From positions 1 to 64,000 of IMG/VR virus record IMGVR_UViG_3300032038_007781: a stretch of 64,000 bases of DNA; one strand, written 5' to 3'. The notes under the pieces were generated by a model. The model did not search any database, had not been told where the DNA came from, and was given only the letters and a program-made list of their open reading frames with translations. Source of the DNA: a virus (Duplodnaviria; Caudoviricetes). Below, in pieces: positions 19,222-28,843 of this stretch. Both the position numbers and the translations under genes were made by a program. Each line of letters begins with the position of its first letter. Within the stretch, counting starts at the first letter, position 1.

Positions 19222-19311
19222 ATGAAACAGATAATCAGATTAACAGATAGTGGCATACATAACATAGTAAGACAAGTAATCAAAGAAATAGGCTATCGTG
19301 GTGCTGCTTAA
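19222..19311 (+). pseudogene. Leader-only mini ORF (29 aa)
   Basis: MKQIIRLTDSGIHNIVRQVIKEIGYRGAA*, preceded by TATTTAT at 19197-19203. Confidence 0.6.
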
Positions 19312-19342
19312 TTATTGCCAACCTTTACTTTTTTATTTATGT

Positions 19343-20125
19343 TTATAAATATATTTCGTCAATGTTGTCATATTCTCCAGAATCAAGTGACGTACTTCCT
19401 TGAATAACTGCTTGGCCATTATCTACTTTAATATTAAATTTTACGTTATGATTTGCATCTCCTTCTGTATCAAATTGAATTTCTTCATTTTTTCCATTTT
19501 TGGTGATGATTAATTTGGGGCTAGAATTATCTAATGAAACATTAGTGATAACATCTCCTGACAACGCAGTAATCCTATTATTTAAATCATCAACACTAAC
19601 TTTAGCATAATTTTTATTCTTAATTATTATACCAATAATCTTTTTGATTGCTTCGTTGACGGTGTCTCCTGATGATGGTGATTCATCGTTCGACTCACCA
19701 TCGTAGTTTTCACCCAAATAGATTGAATCACCACTAATTGTAAAGTTTATTCCATTTTCGCTTGTAACTCCACTAACGCCATTTACCTTCACACTTGAAA
19801 GTGCTTCTTTAATATTTCCAACTTCATTCGCAGTTTCTATTTTAATATTTTCAACCTCGGTCGCAGTCGCTATTTTATGCCAATTATTAATATCAGTAGG
19901 TGGCATATGAATCAACTGATACAAGCCATTTTTAGTTGCATCTTTATCATCAACTACTGAAACTACGATACCGTCATAGAACACATTATCACCTGATGAT
20001 GCTTGAGTTAAGCCACTATATTCAGTAACTACAAGTCTTGCATCAAGTGGGATTGGTTGGTTGACATTGAAACCTAGAGCCAAAGAAACTGCATTCTCGT
20101 TTTTTATATACTTTGATGTTGCCAT
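19343..20125 (-). CDS. Tail fibre-associated virion protein
   Basis: PLDARLV...YDGIVVSV...NGLY N-terminal domain; GDTVNEAIKK; C-terminal LDSGEY. Confidence 0.6.
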   Translation of the reverse strand: MATSKYIKNENAVSLALGFNVNQPIPLDARLVVTEYSGLTQASSGDNVFYDGIVVSVVDDKDATKNGLYQLIHMPPTDINNWHKIATATEVENIKIETANEVGNIKEALSSVKVNGVSGVTSENGINFTISGDSIYLGENYDGESNDESPSSGDTVNEAIKKIIGIIIKNKNYAKVSVDDLNNRITALSGDVITNVSLDNSSPKLIITKNGKNEEIQFDTEGDANHNVKFNIKVDNGQAVIQGSTSLDSGEYDNIDEIYL

Positions 20126-20136
20126 TTATTATCTTT

Positions 20137-21492
20137 TTACATTTTAATGTTAATTTGGAATGCTACACGTGCATTACCTGTACCATCATTACCAATAGAT
20201 TTTGCTTTATGCTTAAGCAAGTAGCATTCATAATCAGTATTGTTAGCATCTTTTAATTTTGAAAGATTTTGGTCCACTTCCCAATTTGCAGTGTCATCAC
20301 CATTAAAAGCATTTGCTCCTGCATTATATTTCATAACCTTAACACTATTCATATTACCATTCCAAATAGCATTAGGGACTGCAATCTTATAGCCACCACC
20401 TTCAACAACTTTACCATTGTCATTTACAGATTCTTTTGTTTTAAAATCAATGGTCATATTTTTTGTGGCTTTTGCATCTAATTTAGCGATAATATCAATA
20501 TTATTATTATTTGCACCAGGCTTATAATATGTTGAAACTGAAGTTGTTGCACTAACACTGCCTGCTGGATGTGGGTTTTCACGTAGTGTGGTTGAAGTTG
20601 CTGCTGTACTTGCAAACGCCTCAATACCTTTGGTATCACCTGAGTTACCCTTCGAATCACATAAAATATCACCTTTCGCATAATTTACTATACCAGTGAA
20701 AGTGTAAGTTCCTAAACCTGATAAAGTCAATGATGAACCAAAATCAGTTGAAGTGCCACCATTAAAACTATATTTAATTGAATTTGAAATTTCATTGCCT
20801 GTATCAGCCGTAGCTGACAAATTTTGTTTTTCCATTTTAACTTGTGCTTGACCTTTTCCATACGTCAAATGAAATGAGTCCGCATTGCTAATTGTAGTAC
20901 CTACCTCAACTTCAGATGAACTGGTTGGTCTTGAAATAGTAGCATAAGGCTCATTTAAGATTGTTGGATAAATTGTCTTAAACAACATTGCATCAATCAG
21001 TCTTGATAATGTATATTTCTTCAATTCAGATGCTTCTGTCCCTGCTTTAATATCACCAATACTTACAGAAACCTTCTCGGTGTCATTAGAAACAGGGGTG
21101 AAGAAAAGTCTGAAGAACTTATCATCATCAGTATTTGCCATATCAACCTTATACGTATCAGTAGTGCCACTATTATAAGTTGCAGCACTAACTAATTCTA
21201 CACCACTTGCATATTTTAAAGTATTCTCAATAAAATTCTTGACTTCTTCGATTTGATTTTCAATATCCTTTACGTCAATTGTGAATAGCTTAGTCTCATC
21301 TCCCTTCTTGACATAAATACCAACAATGTAAGCTATATCTTTTTTGCCATTATCGGTAGTTTTATCATCATAGAATGCGGCCGCCATTATCTCACCATCA
21401 GCATAAGTATTCTCGTACTTCTTTAGATTAGCCAAAGCAGTATCACGATTCTTGAAAATTATATCAAATCTCTTAAGTTGTAATTGTCTCAT
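20137..21492 (-). CDS. Virion/fibre protein, S/T/G-rich and predicted beta-rich
   Basis: 451 aa; MRQLQLKR...DGEI N-terminus; part of a co-oriented late operon. Confidence 0.6.
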   Translation of the reverse strand: MRQLQLKRFDIIFKNRDTALANLKKYENTYADGEIMAAAFYDDKTTDNGKKDIAYIVGIYVKKGDETKLFTIDVKDIENQIEEVKNFIENTLKYASGVELVSAATYNSGTTDTYKVDMANTDDDKFFRLFFTPVSNDTEKVSVSIGDIKAGTEASELKKYTLSRLIDAMLFKTIYPTILNEPYATISRPTSSSEVEVGTTISNADSFHLTYGKGQAQVKMEKQNLSATADTGNEISNSIKYSFNGGTSTDFGSSLTLSGLGTYTFTGIVNYAKGDILCDSKGNSGDTKGIEAFASTAATSTTLRENPHPAGSVSATTSVSTYYKPGANNNNIDIIAKLDAKATKNMTIDFKTKESVNDNGKVVEGGGYKIAVPNAIWNGNMNSVKVMKYNAGANAFNGDDTANWEVDQNLSKLKDANNTDYECYLLKHKAKSIGNDGTGNARVAFQINIKM

Positions 21493-21520
21493 TATATCTA
21501 ATAATTATATTCTCTTATCT

Positions 21521-24190
21521 TTAATAGCCTTTTAGATTATCGTCACCTTCCATCATTCCATAATCAATAGAGCCACCGAAATACAAACCATTAACATTTG
21601 CACCAAGCTCAATTGGTAATCCTTCATATTTTGATTTTGCCTTTACAATTTGAAGTAGGTTATCTTCATATGGAATTTCTGTTCTTGTTAGTCCAGACTC
21701 CTTTTGGCCAGGAACAACTGATAGCCTAACATCAGCCTTAAGTAATGAAACATCAGTATTATCATACTTCTCGGTGAACACATTAACTGAATAAGTTTTA
21801 CTACCTCGCATTAAACTAGCAATTGATTCATTAACATTTGCTACTGCATCTGCAAGTTTCATATCAGCTTCAGCCAATGAAGTTGCACCTGAAATATAAG
21901 GTTTGCCAGAAGGATGATATTTGCCTTCCCTATCTAAACCAGCATAATCCTCAACATTGTCTATTTCTTTTTTAACGTCATCAATTTTACTTAATAAAGA
22001 ATCATCAGTTTCACTTAATGCATTAATGTCCTTTAAGATGCCAGAAGCATCTGCATACAAAGCACCTTTACCTTCTTGTATTGTAGTTTTAAGAATATTT
22101 CCTGATACTTTATCAGCTATCTTAACATCAGCCTTAATCCTATTAACTGAAACACCATTTTCTTCCTTTTGTGTAACTGTAATTTCGATAGGTGTGTTAG
22201 CTGTTTCGTCTGCCTTAGTGTCCTTGATAAGACCTGTAAGATTAACTTTTACATTTTTAGCAGCACCGTCAGTTGTATGATAAGCAATGTTTAATTCGTG
22301 AGTTTCATCACCATAAGTGATGCTATCAATGAATGAAGCAGCATTAAGTTTCTGAGTTAACACTGGCTCATTATTAAGACCATTGATAGTCAATGTGTTA
22401 GTCTGGGCATCATATGATGCGCTTATATCACCTACATATAAACCATCAGCATTAGCTACGATTCTATTATTATTACCTGAAGCGATTTTAACATCAGCAG
22501 CAATTTTCTTATCTGTTACACTAACAGTTGCAGTTTTAGTTGCATCACCAACAAGTGTGATGCTACCAACTTCCTTATCAACATAGGTCTTAATTGCACC
22601 ACTCAAACTAACGTTCTGTGTATCAGTGTATGTTTTAGCACTTTCTATTGCCTTATCAACCTCTTCTTTTGCAATAGCTCTTGCAGAACCACTAACTTCC
22701 TCACCACTTACGTAAAGACCCTTCATTTCCTCATCATAAGCAGTCGTTGTTACCTTCTTAATCAAGTTGTCTGAGTAATTGCCTTCAGTAGCAAGAACAA
22801 CGTCACCTGACAATTCATCAGTACCATTTACTGCGTGTGGAGTCCTGATTAATCTAACACTATGGCCATTATTGTTTGTTTCCCACTCACTCAATATATC
22901 AGTAATAGGAATTTCAAGTTGCTTTGTTTCACTTGAATAAGCATTTGTCTTATAAGCAATAATGATTTTCTCACTTGCTTTGTCGTACCTCGCATACTCA
23001 ATTGATGAAACTGAGTTCAACTGAATCTCCCTACTATGTGTGTCATTATTTGTGTCAGAAATAATAATGACATTTCTTTCAGCATCATAATCAAATGAAG
23101 CATAAAGACCTTTATTGCCATCAACTAAAATAGTGTTCTTATCTTTAGAAGAAACCTTAACGTTAGCAGTAACTGTATGCGATGTGACATCAGTATTCTT
23201 TCTCATTGCTACAGTATCAGTATCTCCAACCTCAAAATATGAAGAAGCGCTCAAACTGTTAAGTTTCTCAACTTCATCAGACAAACTATTGTCTAACCTA
23301 TCAAGAGCGTCTTTAACTTTTTCATTATTGTTGTAATGAATATTATCAGCAGTACCTCTTACATAAAGTTTTCTTCCGTCTTCTATCTTTTCAAGAATGT
23401 TATCATTCTCAGAAGCAATTCTAACATCAGCCTTAAGTACATCCTTCCAATGGTCACTATTTCTATCGTTTATATCAGTGTTCTTATCAGTCTTTCTCTC
23501 CTTTGTTAAAACAATTGGAGTTTCAGACCCATTACCTTCAGTTGTCCACTCATTAATAAGGTCATCAACGTCAACCTCAATTTTTTCGTTATTAGTAAGT
23601 GTGAAAACGATTGCTTCCTTGCTAATGTCATACTCACCACTCTTAATTACAGGAATTGAAAATTCAGTAGTATGCTCATTAACTTGGAACGTAAAAGCAT
23701 TCTTCTCATTATCGAACTTAAGATTTACATAAGAATAAAGACCATTCTCACTTTTCTTGATTATATTATTGATGTTATTATCATTAATAATAACCTTCTC
23801 AGGAACTTTAACATTACCTTTTAAGGTGATACCATCTTCAGTCTGTGTTTTTTCTAATTCCAAAGTATCAGTATCAACTACTGCAAGGGCAAGTTTAGCA
23901 AGAGCATTCTCAATTTCATCATATTTCTCTTGAACATCATCCTTAATGCCTTGAGCATCAATCATAAAATATGATGAATCTTCTGTTGGTTCACTTGAAC
24001 CTGAGCCAGTAGCACCAATTGCAAGAATTATATTCGGCTCTTTCTCATCACCATATCTTAACACAACAGGCTCCGCATATAATGAAGGGCGTACTGATTG
24101 CCTATAGAATAGTTTATTCAAGGATTCAATGGCTTCTTCCCTTGATTTGAACAACTTATTATTATGTACAAATTGTAATCTATTAATCAT
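21521..24190 (-). CDS. Fibre-like virion protein with internal repeats
   Basis: Recurrent ADVKI.....N.L.....GLY(V/A) units; C-terminal IDYG. Confidence 0.65.
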   Translation of the reverse strand: MINRLQFVHNNKLFKSREEAIESLNKLFYRQSVRPSLYAEPVVLRYGDEKEPNIILAIGATGSGSSEPTEDSSYFMIDAQGIKDDVQEKYDEIENALAKLALAVVDTDTLELEKTQTEDGITLKGNVKVPEKVIINDNNINNIIKKSENGLYSYVNLKFDNEKNAFTFQVNEHTTEFSIPVIKSGEYDISKEAIVFTLTNNEKIEVDVDDLINEWTTEGNGSETPIVLTKERKTDKNTDINDRNSDHWKDVLKADVRIASENDNILEKIEDGRKLYVRGTADNIHYNNNEKVKDALDRLDNSLSDEVEKLNSLSASSYFEVGDTDTVAMRKNTDVTSHTVTANVKVSSKDKNTILVDGNKGLYASFDYDAERNVIIISDTNNDTHSREIQLNSVSSIEYARYDKASEKIIIAYKTNAYSSETKQLEIPITDILSEWETNNNGHSVRLIRTPHAVNGTDELSGDVVLATEGNYSDNLIKKVTTTAYDEEMKGLYVSGEEVSGSARAIAKEEVDKAIESAKTYTDTQNVSLSGAIKTYVDKEVGSITLVGDATKTATVSVTDKKIAADVKIASGNNNRIVANADGLYVGDISASYDAQTNTLTINGLNNEPVLTQKLNAASFIDSITYGDETHELNIAYHTTDGAAKNVKVNLTGLIKDTKADETANTPIEITVTQKEENGVSVNRIKADVKIADKVSGNILKTTIQEGKGALYADASGILKDINALSETDDSLLSKIDDVKKEIDNVEDYAGLDREGKYHPSGKPYISGATSLAEADMKLADAVANVNESIASLMRGSKTYSVNVFTEKYDNTDVSLLKADVRLSVVPGQKESGLTRTEIPYEDNLLQIVKAKSKYEGLPIELGANVNGLYFGGSIDYGMMEGDDNLKGY

Positions 24191-24217
24191 TGTCTTAATA
24201 TATCTTTCTATATTATT

Positions 24218-24901
24218 TTATATCTCACCGAAATCTCCATCGAAATTAAGTGTGATATTGTGTTCTTCAATGCCATCATAAGAAGGGATTAGTACGCCAT
24301 GATTAACTGAAACAACATAAGTACCACCTTTATGAATTAAGCCTTCAATCCTATTTTCTTCATTCTTTGCACGTGTTTCTTCTGCTTTAATAGCATCTGA
24401 CAAGCCACTTTCAGATTTTGCTGCTCTATTACTTTCATTATCAAGTGCATCGCTTATGTCAGTAATAGCACCAGATAAAATCTTATCAGTATCAGTTCTA
24501 TCCTTTACTTCAGCCCTAAAATCATTAGTGCGCTCTTCTATAGCATCGCTTATTCTTCTATCAAATGCAATTCTTTCTTGTCTCTCAGTTTCAATTGCAC
24601 CAGATAATCTATCATCAGCACTTTCCCTTTCATTGACTTCATTTTCAAGGTCAGCTGTTAATGTTTCATATAAGTTTGACGACAATCCTTCATATACACA
24701 AGACATATCGACTTGCACCTTCTCGCCATTATTTCTTGTGAGAATTAAGGTGTTCGTTTCACAATCGAATTCAGCACTTTTAATGTCCTCATCCTTAAGA
24801 TTCAAAAAGTTACTATCAATTTCATTAATAGACAATTTGCAATTTTTTGCTACATCTTCTGGATATGGAGACATTAACTTGTAAAAGTAAAGTCCTTTCA
24901 T
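24218..24901 (-). CDS. Coiled-coil fibre-associated protein
   Basis: LSINEIDSNF N-terminal motif; E..R...D..LS.AI repeats; C-terminal DFGEI. Confidence 0.65.
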   Translation of the reverse strand: MKGLYFYKLMSPYPEDVAKNCKLSINEIDSNFLNLKDEDIKSAEFDCETNTLILTRNNGEKVQVDMSCVYEGLSSNLYETLTADLENEVNERESADDRLSGAIETERQERIAFDRRISDAIEERTNDFRAEVKDRTDTDKILSGAITDISDALDNESNRAAKSESGLSDAIKAEETRAKNEENRIEGLIHKGGTYVVSVNHGVLIPSYDGIEEHNITLNFDGDFGEI

Positions 24902-24951
24902 TTTAATTATTTTATTTAGCTTATTTGTTAATAAATAGTAAATAAAACAAT

Positions 24952-24986
24952 AAAAGGGTGAACTCCATTGAAGAAATTCACCCTTT
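24952..24986 (-). terminator. Intrinsic terminator
   Basis: AAAGGGTGAA...TTCACCCTTT. Confidence 0.65.
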
Positions 24987-25051
24987 AATAACCATTTAAT
25001 TTTCTTATTTATAATTAATTTTATCTTAATTTATAATATACAATGCAATTT

Positions 25052-25834
25052 CTATTTTTTATTCTTAATATTGCCTTTAAATTTTAAAACTGCTTCATAA
25101 ACATCACCATTTTCCGAAATAAAACTAAATTTATTACCAATTTTCATTGCTTTTAAATTATTGCTACCATTTGAAGCTCTATTTTCATTTAGTAAAGATT
25201 TATTCAAAGCCTTTGCATATTTTTTTACTGCCGTTTCAACTATATTTTGTATCATATTATAGTCAATTCCATTATTGGTAGTTGTCTCTTGAGTCATTTT
25301 GCGTTCATTAACATAACCATTTGTAGCACCAATTGTATCAAGAACAGGTTTATTTGGGCTTAACGCTTCAGTGTCAATAGGATTACTTTTAAACTGCTCA
25401 AGAATTTCTTTCGGAAGAAAATTACTTGCTTTAGGTGCATCTTCAACAATTCTATTTTGCTGGATAAGCCCAAGGCCACTGTTCATCGTATTCTGAACTT
25501 GATTATTCATACTTTGCTGTAATTTAAGCATTCTTTGCTGAAGCATTTGGTCATACTGTAATCCAGCTGCCCCTATTTCTTCGTTAATTTGACCCTGTTG
25601 CATTTTATTAGTTGAAGTGGCATAACTGTCTTCCATAGAGTCAAAAGCATCGTTAGCAAGCGAATTTGAAGATTTAAGAAAATTGCTTCTTTCTTTTTGC
25701 CTTTCAGCAATTATATGAGCATCATTTTTAGCATCTTCGTGTATTAGTTTTCTTGCTTTACTATTTCTCGCATTTTGTTTTATTCTTGCAAATGCCGAAT
25801 TATCTAATGTTGTAATATTATCTGCCGCTGCCAT
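25052..25834 (-). CDS. Hypothetical late protein (possible head core protein)
   Basis: 260 aa, Q/N-rich, many [ILV]xE sites (IHE, INE, IVE, VNE, LNE). Confidence 0.6.
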   Translation of the reverse strand: MAAADNITTLDNSAFARIKQNARNSKARKLIHEDAKNDAHIIAERQKERSNFLKSSNSLANDAFDSMEDSYATSTNKMQQGQINEEIGAAGLQYDQMLQQRMLKLQQSMNNQVQNTMNSGLGLIQQNRIVEDAPKASNFLPKEILEQFKSNPIDTEALSPNKPVLDTIGATNGYVNERKMTQETTTNNGIDYNMIQNIVETAVKKYAKALNKSLLNENRASNGSNNLKAMKIGNKFSFISENGDVYEAVLKFKGNIKNKK

Positions 25835-26594
25835 TTTTTATAAAATTTTCGTAATCATTTTCATCATCATCAAAATCTTTCACAGGCCCACGATAATTAT
25901 TCATTTCATCATCCTCTTTATTTTGAATCTGCTGATTTATTATTTCTTGTTCTGCCTTATCATAGTCACCCCAATACTTTTCAGTTTCGGTTGCATCCCT
26001 TTGAGTGTTCATAACATTTTTTCTATATTCGGCATATTTTTTACTATTAGGTCTTGAAGTAAAAATATTGTTTTTCTTTTGTACAATTGGACCTTTAGGC
26101 ATTGTTCCCAAATTACTTAAGTCCATTGCATTTGCATGGTTTTTAACCATGTCAGTTCTTTTTCTTTCTTTGTCAAGCGAAGGTTGATATAAATCATTAT
26201 TCTTGCCAAAGCTTACTTGTTTAATCACACTTACTAACGTATTGTCCCCACGTTCATTATAAGCAGGTGAATCAAATCCTTGCTCATTAGGTGGCAAGTT
26301 AAAATGTGATTTAAGAGGAGTCCATTTATTAATTCTATCAAGTCTAAATAGTTTCCATTTAGGTATACCACGTAAAGTAGCTCCTTGATATTGGAAAGCT
26401 CTTAATGCTAAATTTCCTGCTTTAGTAACACCCAAGGCATAAGGCTCTATTAACCTTCTACCTGGGGCATTATTATCTTCGTCACTATAATCTATAAAGA
26501 CACGATTTTTTGAATCAATCGCATTTATTACACTATTTTGATTGACCGATTCATTTAATACGTTGTTAAGTATGTCGTATAGATTCAAACTCAT
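25818..26594 (-). CDS. WYL-domain protein
   Basis: FIDY...GRRLIEPYALG...LRAF...WKLFRLDRI; N-terminal ILNNVLNE. Confidence 0.75.
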   Translation of the reverse strand: MSLNLYDILNNVLNESVNQNSVINAIDSKNRVFIDYSDEDNNAPGRRLIEPYALGVTKAGNLALRAFQYQGATLRGIPKWKLFRLDRINKWTPLKSHFNLPPNEQGFDSPAYNERGDNTLVSVIKQVSFGKNNDLYQPSLDKERKRTDMVKNHANAMDLSNLGTMPKGPIVQKKNNIFTSRPNSKKYAEYRKNVMNTQRDATETEKYWGDYDKAEQEIINQQIQNKEDDEMNNYRGPVKDFDDDENDYENFIKNGSGR

Positions 26595-26609
26595 GTTTTA
26601 TGCTTTAAA

Positions 26610-27023
26610 TTATAGATGTTTTGTTGTTTGGCCAATGAAATATTGTCCGTCTGCCACATTTTCAGCAGTGCTTATTAAACCAGCACTATATTGATTTTCT
26701 TCATTGTATAATTGCGAAGCCATAGCTTTTTTACGGCCGCCAATATCATTTCTACCTTCAATATCATAAAGGCCACCACCATTACTTGTATCAAAGTTAG
26801 AATAATCAATCATATTGGTTGGCTTAGAACAGTCAGGCAACCAAGCAGTATGACCACCATGCCCTGTACCTTTACCAAGTGCGTCACCATCACTTAAAGC
26901 ATCTTTATGTGTTGCACTATATTGGTCTTCAATATTGTAATCTGAACGTACAATTTCATTTTGTCTTTCGGTAATGCCCCTTGTTTCAAGACAAGTCTGT
27001 CCGTTTTCATTAATTGTTGACAT
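26610..27023 (-). CDS. Hypothetical virion protein
   Basis: 137 aa, G/D-rich; TATTTAT at 27058-27064. Confidence 0.65.
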   Translation of the reverse strand: MSTINENGQTCLETRGITERQNEIVRSDYNIEDQYSATHKDALSDGDALGKGTGHGGHTAWLPDCSKPTNMIDYSNFDTSNGGGLYDIEGRNDIGGRKKAMASQLYNEENQYSAGLISTAENVADGQYFIGQTTKHL

Positions 27024-27066
27024 AATTTATATAAATTTTAAATATTTTATTTTAATAATAAATAGT

Positions 27067-28440
27067 TTATGCTTTAATAATTATAGGTTTTTGTAAACCA
27101 AATGATTTATCTTTACCAGTTGTGCTGTCGTAAATTGTGACTGAACCAATTTCTACGTTAGCATTTGGTATGTAAAGTTCTTTTTCTTCATTTAAGTCAT
27201 ACATATTTACGTATAATGTATGATACCAATCAACTTCTGATGGGTCAACCCAACCTTTAAGTGTTACAGTTGTTCCTTGACCGCCACAATAAGGTTCACT
27301 ACTTCCATTTTCCCAAGTCCAATATTCACCTACTGAATCATATTTACCAATAAATGGGTTAGTTTTCTGCCTTTTCATTAACCCGTTAACACTGATAGCT
27401 CTTTCAACATAGATTAGCCCTCTATCATTGTATGTTAAAGAATAAGGAAAACCATATTCACCTAATCTGTGTTTAAAAAATTCATATACATATTCTTCAT
27501 ACGCTTCTTCACCTGTTCTATTTAGGCTATTAAACACGTCATTCACATCAAAGTCTCTAAGATATTCATCTGCACTCATTTCTTCAGGATTAAAGTCATC
27601 AAAGTCTTCCATTGATACGTATTCTTCGCTATACCCATCGTTAAGCATTTCGTATATAAAGTCTTCTTGCCTTAATTCATTATACATTCCTTCCTCGCCT
27701 CCAACTAATTCATCTAAAACATTTGGTAAAATGTCTGCAATCTTATCCTGAACATCACTTACGTCACATTGCGAATGTGGTAATTGTCCATATTTCCCAT
27801 ACTCTTCAAGAAAATCTATATAATGTTCCCAATTTTCTTTATAATCATAATTTTCCGTATCATGATTAAATGGAATATTTAATTGGTCTTTATGTTCTGT
27901 TAATATGATAAGTTTTGATTCAGGTATAATAATTTTTTTCCTTTTTGTTTCATGTAAGTTTACATTAGCGTTACCAACTTTAATAGAACTTGCTGTTTTT
28001 TCTTGTTTAACCTTTGGTGGTTTTGCAAGTTTTTGGACTTGTGGAACATTATTATTATTTTTTACTGCACTTTCTTTAGATTTAACGTCAGTTGCCAAAT
28101 AATTTATAATCTGTTGTTTTGCTTGTGGGTCAACGAAATTCTTTTCTTTTTTTAAATCAATTACCATTTTACGTGCTGCTGATGTTGGGAATTTTACAAG
28201 CCCATCTTTTTTATCTAACTTAGGTTCATTATCATCTTTTGCTGAAATGCCATCTTTTTTTTTCTTCCCTTTATTGTAAGAAGAGTCTAAAAGGCGGTTA
28301 ACTGTTTTATAACCGTCTTGCGTTGTATTATTACCGTATTCACCTTTAACCTTTAAAACAAGATTATGTATATTTTTTGGTATAACAGTAGTTTTTTTAC
28401 TAAGTTTGTCATCTACTGCTTCATCTATAAAAAGAGCCAT
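27067..28440 (-). CDS. Multidomain protein with internal leader and C-terminal ART-like domain
   Basis: Basic N-domain, internal KKIIIPESKLIILTE, acidic middle, then YVERAI / GEYWTW / EEKEL. Confidence 0.5.
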   Translation of the reverse strand: MALFIDEAVDDKLSKKTTVIPKNIHNLVLKVKGEYGNNTTQDGYKTVNRLLDSSYNKGKKKKDGISAKDDNEPKLDKKDGLVKFPTSAARKMVIDLKKEKNFVDPQAKQQIINYLATDVKSKESAVKNNNNVPQVQKLAKPPKVKQEKTASSIKVGNANVNLHETKRKKIIIPESKLIILTEHKDQLNIPFNHDTENYDYKENWEHYIDFLEEYGKYGQLPHSQCDVSDVQDKIADILPNVLDELVGGEEGMYNELRQEDFIYEMLNDGYSEEYVSMEDFDDFNPEEMSADEYLRDFDVNDVFNSLNRTGEEAYEEYVYEFFKHRLGEYGFPYSLTYNDRGLIYVERAISVNGLMKRQKTNPFIGKYDSVGEYWTWENGSSEPYCGGQGTTVTLKGWVDPSEVDWYHTLYVNMYDLNEEKELYIPNANVEIGSVTIYDSTTGKDKSFGLQKPIIIKA

Positions 28441-28441
28441 A

Positions 28442-28699
28442 TTAATAATTTAATGCGTGATTATTATTTGTTGTTCCATTAGCGTACCATTGTTGTGCAG
28501 ATAATTGATTTGCAACATCGTCAGTATCAGGTTGTTTACCAAATTCAACGTTTCCATCTGTATCATGTACTGAAGCTGAATTTGTAACCTTTTCTCCAGA
28601 ATTGTATTCAGTTACATCACCACCATCAAAAGAAGGCGCACTATCGTCCGATTCCAATAGTCTACGGAACTGTGATTCAGTTAATTTAATTACTTTCAT
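28442..28699 (-). CDS. Small leader-bearing protein
   Basis: MKVIKLTESQFRRLLE; TATTTAT at 28720-28726. Confidence 0.7.
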   Translation of the reverse strand: MKVIKLTESQFRRLLESDDSAPSFDGGDVTEYNSGEKVTNSASVHDTDGNVEFGKQPDTDDVANQLSAQQWYANGTTNNNHALNY

Positions 28700-28843
28700 A
28701 CTATGCCTTTTATTATAAAATAAATATTTATTAAATAGTAAATAGACTGTGATAATTAGTGGAATTAATCAAAATATTGAAGACTAATTCACTGAATTAA
28801 ATTGAATAAGTTAAAAAACTAAAATATTAAAAATGATAGTATA

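Noticed and set aside
21957-24884. Antisense and nested short ORFs in the track (e.g. 4011-4406, 21957-22280, 24456-24884, 53052-53852)
   Set aside because: Shadows of long genes with no recognisable motifs or expression signals.
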